A stretch of 64,000 nt of DNA, from the IMG/VR virus record IMGVR_UViG_3300025707_000004. One strand, written 5' to 3'. Positions 58,190 through 64,000 of this stretch are shown here, piece by piece. The translations under genes were made by a program, and so were the position numbers. The notes below the pieces were generated by a model. That model did not search any database. It was given only the letters and a program-made list of their open reading frames with translations, and was not told where the DNA came from. Each line of letters opens with the position of its first letter. Positions within the stretch are counted from its first letter, which is position 1. The stretch is from a virus.

Positions 58190-59416
58190 GGGCCCTCCTT
58201 TCATCGGGATGATACCGCGATGGCGCTAAAGAAGCGGGGAGAGGCGAAATAGGTGGGGAAGGGTGCCGACGACCTGCAGGGGGCAGGCCGTCGACTGGGG
58301 ACCCGACTAGGCTACTCGCCGGATCGGGGTCTTCGGGGGGTCCGGCGGGCGCCACGTGGCGTTCAAACCCGGGTCGTGCGCCGGGGCGCCCTCAGAACAG
58401 TTGAGCAGAGGCTGCTTGCACTGACCGCACTGGACCAGCCCGTGGACCTCCACGATGTAGGACTGGGCAGCGCAGTGGGGACAGAAACAGCCGGCGTAGG
58501 CTTCGATGACTGGCGTTCGCATATTGGGCACCTCCTTCAGTTACACGCTGAACGTATTCCTGGAGTCCGGTGGTTTGCAACTTTTTTCTCGGGCGCTTTG
58601 GATTGAGCGCCTTCTGCGGTAGTACCCGTCTACTCCGCGGGGGCCTCTTCCTCGCCCTTGAGATTGTCGAGAAGCGCGTCCACGTAGCCGCCGAGGTTTA
58701 GGGACTCCGCTTCTACCGCCCTTTCGTCCATGCCCTCGTCATGAAGAATGGCTTCCATCAAATCTCGGATTCGCACGAGGAAGTCGAGGTCGTGTAGCGC
58801 GCTGTCCCGCGCTGAACCGAGGAACTCGACCTTGGCGAGCGCGCCATCCTCGATGGAGTCCTCGTCAGAAGCGTAGACGTGCCCACAGAAGGCCACGTAG
58901 GGGTACCCCGCCTTGTCGGCGAGCTTCATGGCCCTCCGGCGGTTGAAGGAGGCGGGGACCTCAGCGAGCCCCGCGTTGAAGGTGGTCGCCCAGGTTGGCG
59001 GGGGGAGAGCGTCGGCGGTATCAGCCACGTTGGGTCCTTGTTGTGAAAAGGGGCCGGATTGTACGGCCCTGACCAAGAAGACGGAGTGCAGGCGCACTAG
59101 CCCAGCCTCGCTGCTGGTACCCGGCGCAGTCTGTGAAGTGAATGGGGACGTACAGGAGGTCGTCGAAGTAGTTAGTCAGTTCGGTATGGCGGTCGGTCCC
59201 TTTGTCGGTGGCGACGAAGATAGGGAGATTGCGCTTTTCCACGCTGCGCGCGGGTCGGACAAGTCCGCTGGTGAGCGGATTGAATGCGGGCTTCATTTTG
59301 GATTGGGGCCTATCAATAGGGGGGCAGAGTCTAAACAATGAATGTGCTGCTTCCTAGGAGAAAGGGGGCCCTTCGGTAGTACTTATGCCACTTTCTTCTC
59401 GAAGCTTGCACCGCGT

Positions 59417-59431
59417 TATTAGCCGCTAATA
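59417..59431. repeat. TATTAG-N3-CTAATA palindrome
   Basis: tattagccgctaata upstream of the tape-measure-like gene and of promoter 59382. Confidence 0.85.
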
Positions 59432-59478
59432 ATCTCGGGTTTGGTATCCTGGGAGGATGCGTGCCGAAAGGTGGGTGA

Positions 59479-62400
59479 ATGCCTCTTTCTTCTACAGACA
59501 TCTCGAACCTCATCGCGGGTCAGCAGGCGTCCTTCGCCAACTCCGCGGTATTCGCCCAAGGCATCGGGAGCGGCGGTCAAGCTAGCGCCATCTCTGCCGC
59601 GCCGGTTCAAGACCCTCGTGCGCCTTCACCCGGGCTAGCAGGGGCGGTAGGCAGCGCCCCTGACATGGCTATGGGCGGCGTGGCGATGATGGCCGCGTTC
59701 GGCTTGGCGCCTCGGGCCCTCGACCCGTTCACGTCCACCTTCGCCTCAGGCGCCAAGGGGCTGGCCGGCGGCGGTATGGCGGGGGCCATCGGCAGGGCCG
59801 GGATGACTGGCGGCGCGTACATGGCTGGGGGAGCGGCCCTCAATGCCGTGGCCTTCGACCCGTTCGCCCAAGGGGCGCAGACCCGCGGGATGATGAACCA
59901 GTTCGCTGGCGGGCTGATGCCGGGAGCCAACGCCAACCAGCGTGGCCAGATTTCGTCTGCTGTCGAGGGGATGAACCAGCAGGGCTACGGCACGCTGAAC
60001 GAACTCACGTCGCTGATGTCGCAGGGTGTAGGGTCAGGTGAGATTTCGACTACAAGTGTGAGTGAGTTCAAAGCCAGCTTCCAGAAGATGGTTACCACCG
60101 CGCGCGAAGTCGCCACCGCCCTCAACTCGTCGGTCACAGAGGGCAACGCGGCGCTTCAGAGCATCAAGGCCATGGGCCTGAGCACGGACCAGAGTTCGGC
60201 CGTCATTGGGGCCATCGGCGGCGTCGGCCGTGCGAGCGGCATGAGCCCTGCTCAGCTGACAGAGAGCGCGATGGGCGGCATCCAGTTGGCCCAGAGTCTC
60301 GGGGGCGATGTGGTGGAGGGCGCGCAGGGCGCGGTCTTCAACCGTTCCCTGCTCGGTACAGGGCGCAAGATGGGCGGCGTTTACGACGACGTGTCCGACC
60401 AGCAGTACGGCAAGTTCCAGCAGGGGGCCATGCGGTTCCTGGGCTCCCGTCAGGGGAGTCAGGTACTGGCCGCTTCGTACGACACGCAGACTGGCGCGCT
60501 CAACATGGACATCGCTGGCCGTATCGCGGGCGGGCAGATGTCGAAGGAGGCCATCGCCTCGGCGGCAAGCAAGACGATGGCATCGTCCCGCGATGACTTC
60601 GCGTCACGACGGACGGAGCTGGCGTCGTCCTACATGTCTCAGTTCGGGGCACAGGGAGTCGCAAACCCGCTCCGAGAGATGACCTCCGGGTCCTCGATGC
60701 AGCAAACCCAGATGCAGGCCATCTCCGGCTTCGGCCGCCGTGACATACAGGCGCTTGAGCAGTTCTCCAACCAGACCCCCATGCTGCGCGCCAACCTGAT
60801 GAGGGCGGCACAAGAGGGGTGGAACGAGGGCCAGCATCAGGCGACGACTATCGGCGGCGCCTTGTCGTCCACGATGGACGCCCTCACGCGGCCTTTGAAG
60901 GACAAGTTCAGGCGCATGGGACGAGACATGGCCCAGTCGGTCATGGAAGCCCAGGAGAAGGCCACGTCGCTGTTCGTGGGGAGCCCGCCCAAGCGGGCCG
61001 ACCCACAGTACTTCCAGATGAAGTTCCGGGCTGCTGCGATGGGGGATGCCCACGCAAGCGGGGTCATCGACGATTTCGAGGCACAGCGCGGCCCGATGCC
61101 CGGTCCGAATCAGTCCAACGCTTTCGGCTTCGGTCGGGGAGGCTCCCAGGCACAGCGTCAGTGGATTCCGCCCGCGCTCCGAATGCAGACGATGGGCGCT
61201 GGTGCGCAGTTCAGTGAACTACCCATGTACGGCATGGCGATGGAGGAGCATAACCCCTACATGTCTGCGGGCGCAGGGGTCATGGCGGGCGGTGCCATGA
61301 TTCGCGGTATGACCGGTGGGCATGGCCCGCTGGGTGCTCCTGGCGCGGGCATTGAGCGCCTTGGCCGTGGCATGCGTGCGATGGCAGGCTCGCAGCAGGG
61401 TTGGATGGGCTTCGCCGGCCGCGGCTGGAGAGCGGGCTCTGTCGCAGGCGCAGGCGCACTCACGCAAGCTGGCGGCTTCATGGCTAAGCACGCGGGTCGG
61501 CTTGCCACGAACAAGTACGTGGCGGGCGCGGCACTGGTAGGCGTCGGGCTGAGCAACATGCTTCCGGCAGCTCTACGTGCGACAGGACACATGGATGAGG
61601 TCCCCGAGGTCACTGGGCATAACAGGCGACTGCTGGGGATGCTGCAGAACCAGGGCCTCATCGATATGCCGGAGTACCAGAAGGACGCCGAGATGGCGTC
61701 CGTGGGGTCGATGGGTGGAAAGAACCGCGGCCTGACCTCGGGCGTCGCTTCCAGGGTGCAGGAGCTGGCGAGGTTGACCCCGGACGAGGGAACCATCAGG
61801 GCGTTGGGCGGAGAGAGTGGCGTCCGCCGGACGGTCAACTTGATGCACTCGTCGGGGATGGAACAGAACGACATGATGGACTACCTCACCAACGTGAAGG
61901 GCCTTCAGGGTGAAGAGGCGTTCGCGGTGCTGCGGCAGTCAGGAGCGGTCGAGGGCGTCGTTGGCGCGATGGGCAGGGGGGAGGACCCCGAGAACCGCAG
62001 TAAGGCGCTACAGGGGCGTATCAAGGAGCTGGCGCGCGACCCGGACAAGTTGCGCCGGTTCGGCGTCGGGGGCGGCAAGGGTGTACACAAGAAGGCCCTG
62101 GAGATGATGGGCGATAGCCTTGAGCAGAACAGCGCGCTGGCGGAGCTTGCCTTCGAGATGGAAGCCGGCCCCAACCCGGCTTCCCGGGCGAACTATGGAG
62201 CGCGCATGAAGCGATTTCATGCCCTGCTTTCGAGCCAGTTCGGCGGCGCAGACAAGAGCAAGACGGTGGCCTACCTTGCATCTACCCTCGCCGCGGGCAA
62301 CACAGGGGCTACCACCGATGAGAGTCTCCCTGGCGGCGATTCAGAGATGGCGTCAGATACCGGAGGAGCGGACCGCTCCGCGCTCGGTAACGATTCGCTG

Positions 62401-63183
62401 GTCAAGAGGCTGGTACGTGTCGGCGCGAGTTCAATGGCTCGGGACGCGCAGGGGTACCGCGACAACCTGACAAAGATGCTGAAGGACGAGCGGGCAAACA
62501 CAGTCTCGCTGGCTCGCCTTGCTGGCACAGCCTCCGGCGGCCGGACGGGGTTGTTGGAGCACTTCCTCGGGAACCAGACCGTCGACAGCCTCAGCAACAA
62601 CACTGAGTTCGGCCGGAACCTTCGGGGGCAGCTCGATGATGCGGGGCTCGACAGCCCGGACCAGATGGACGACTTCGCGTCGATGATGGCGGGCTCGAAC
62701 ACAGAGGTTGGCCGCCGCACGGCAATCGCCACGTACAACACGTCGCGTACGCGTAGGGCGATGAAGAAGGGCGGCGGCAACGCGGAGAAGTTCATCGAGG
62801 GTCTGGTCGGGGACATCAACGGCAAGCTCAACAAGGAGCAGCTGGCGTTCTTCAAGGGCGATGGCCCCATGCACGCCACGACTGAGGCGTTCATGCGGCA
62901 AGCGGCCAGTCGGCTGGTCGACTCGGGTGATGAGCCCGCGATGCGCCGGATGACCCAGCGGCTCATCGACTCCGCCTCCGCCTACGTGCAGAAGGACAAC
63001 AAGGGGGCCGAGAACGTAGCCGACCACCTGTCGGGGTACAGCCCGCCCCACGTCGAAGGCGGCAATCGGTCCGGGGCACTCATCGAGCAGATGCCTGACT
63101 TCCAGAAGGCGCTGAACACCGTGACGCGGGGCCTCCAGACGCTCGGTAATGAGCTGGCGGGGATGACGCTAACAAGGGAGTAA
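59479..63183 (+). CDS. Tape-measure-like large virion protein
   Basis: 1234 aa, Gly/Ala/Met-rich amphipathic helical repeats with hydrophobic stretches, no Cys. Confidence 0.5.
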   Translation: MPLSSTDISNLIAGQQASFANSAVFAQGIGSGGQASAISAAPVQDPRAPSPGLAGAVGSAPDMAMGGVAMMAAFGLAPRALDPFTSTFASGAKGLAGGGMAGAIGRAGMTGGAYMAGGAALNAVAFDPFAQGAQTRGMMNQFAGGLMPGANANQRGQISSAVEGMNQQGYGTLNELTSLMSQGVGSGEISTTSVSEFKASFQKMVTTAREVATALNSSVTEGNAALQSIKAMGLSTDQSSAVIGAIGGVGRASGMSPAQLTESAMGGIQLAQSLGGDVVEGAQGAVFNRSLLGTGRKMGGVYDDVSDQQYGKFQQGAMRFLGSRQGSQVLAASYDTQTGALNMDIAGRIAGGQMSKEAIASAASKTMASSRDDFASRRTELASSYMSQFGAQGVANPLREMTSGSSMQQTQMQAISGFGRRDIQALEQFSNQTPMLRANLMRAAQEGWNEGQHQATTIGGALSSTMDALTRPLKDKFRRMGRDMAQSVMEAQEKATSLFVGSPPKRADPQYFQMKFRAAAMGDAHASGVIDDFEAQRGPMPGPNQSNAFGFGRGGSQAQRQWIPPALRMQTMGAGAQFSELPMYGMAMEEHNPYMSAGAGVMAGGAMIRGMTGGHGPLGAPGAGIERLGRGMRAMAGSQQGWMGFAGRGWRAGSVAGAGALTQAGGFMAKHAGRLATNKYVAGAALVGVGLSNMLPAALRATGHMDEVPEVTGHNRRLLGMLQNQGLIDMPEYQKDAEMASVGSMGGKNRGLTSGVASRVQELARLTPDEGTIRALGGESGVRRTVNLMHSSGMEQNDMMDYLTNVKGLQGEEAFAVLRQSGAVEGVVGAMGRGEDPENRSKALQGRIKELARDPDKLRRFGVGGGKGVHKKALEMMGDSLEQNSALAELAFEMEAGPNPASRANYGARMKRFHALLSSQFGGADKSKTVAYLASTLAAGNTGATTDESLPGGDSEMASDTGGADRSALGNDSLVKRLVRVGASSMARDAQGYRDNLTKMLKDERANTVSLARLAGTASGGRTGLLEHFLGNQTVDSLSNNTEFGRNLRGQLDDAGLDSPDQMDDFASMMAGSNTEVGRRTAIATYNTSRTRRAMKKGGGNAEKFIEGLVGDINGKLNKEQLAFFKGDGPMHATTEAFMRQAASRLVDSGDEPAMRRMTQRLIDSASAYVQKDNKGAENVADHLSGYSPPHVEGGNRSGALIEQMPDFQKALNTVTRGLQTLGNELAGMTLTRE

Positions 63184-63501
63184 AAAGAAGGGGGAGCGGG
63201 GCGCGGATGCGCCCCTTCTCACTTCTTGGCGAGATTCGGGTGGAGCTTCGGCGGCCGTGCGGGATTGAACTCCTTCCGGTACCGAGCTAGGTGGGCTTGG
63301 TCATGGCAGGGGCATCCGCAGTCTCGTCCGGAGCAGGAGGCGTGCTGGCCGGAGATACACCACGCTCTACGGGGGAGCGCTTGCGCCGCCGGTCGGCTCT
63401 CCTCTTCAGGCGGAGGAGCTTCTGGCGGATTTGCTGAGTCGAAAGCTTGGGTTCGGTCGTCATGTGGAGCCCCCACAAACGGCGTAAGGTCCATTCTACC
63501 C

Positions 63502-63864
63502 TCAGCTCCTTACGGTGTCATCAGGGCCGGGCACGCTGCCCTCCCAAGGCCCTGTGGTGACTTCGCCCTTGGGCGGCTCGGGAGGTGCCGCGGAGTCCTC
63601 CACCCACGTGTGGTTGTGGATGTCGTCCTCAGCCACCACGGTGAGGCTCACGGTAGGCGCCTGCCCAAGCTCGCCCCGGAGGGTCAGGTTGTACTTGTAG
63701 CCCCCGTGGTCGCCGGAGACACGAAGGCCGAAGCCCGGCATGTCCTCCAGCGGCGTCTCATCGCTGGGGTCGATGATGCGCTCCTGGAGCGTCTCCAGGG
63801 CCTCCCGGGTTTTGGGGTGGTCGAGCGCCCGTTTGAAGAGGTCTCGGATGGTGTCTGCGAACAT
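63502..63864 (-). CDS. Hypothetical protein
   Basis: 120-aa ORF with GGGAG RBS. Confidence 0.55.
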   Translation of the reverse strand: MFADTIRDLFKRALDHPKTREALETLQERIIDPSDETPLEDMPGFGLRVSGDHGGYKYNLTLRGELGQAPTVSLTVVAEDDIHNHTWVEDSAAPPEPPKGEVTTGPWEGSVPGPDDTVRS

Positions 63865-64000
63865 CAGCAGCTCCCGATGGGTTGAGGGGGAATGGTGAGC
63901 GGGCGCACGACACGCTCCCAGGAGCCGCCGATGATGCGCACCCGATCCTGCCCGCGCTGGACAATGACCGCAGCGAAGCGGGCGAGCGCGCCCGCCTCTT

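Noticed and set aside
2744-59431. Palindromes or promoters as a CRISPR array or integron attC sites
   Set aside because: Copies are kilobases apart and irregular, with no cas or integrase gene and no attC core structure.

Overview
A GC-rich segment of what looks like a large (jumbo-type) dsDNA phage genome. The host may be a myxobacterium, inferred from Cys-rich lipoproteins and a SitA-like cassette. Most of the window is minus-strand cassettes of small hypothetical genes. Each cassette starts at a repeated non-sigma70 promoter (GCAA-N16/17-GGNATAAG, about 26 copies) and many end at a hairpin terminator. A 15-bp palindrome TATTAGYSRCTAATA recurs 16 times. Recognisable genes: a ubiquitin-like protein/E2-like/probable JAB module at the left edge, a small alarmone (HD) hydrolase, MazG, OGFr-domain, DHH-like, Coq4-like, an orphan receiver domain, ribbon-helix-helix regulators, a probable tail-chaperone pair with a -1 slippery site, a tape-measure-like protein, and a lipoprotein with a nuclease-like C-terminus. 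The most striking unexplained signal is that at least 19 small, mostly unrelated proteins end in the same peptide, [DE]-[YFM]-H-x-D-[VI]-stop, written with different synonymous codons. This points to a phage-wide C-terminal docking or sorting tag. A roughly 700-nt structured non-coding transcript with an embedded 57-nt anticodon-less tRNA mimic is also notable. All family calls are by-eye motif recognition; no searches were run.
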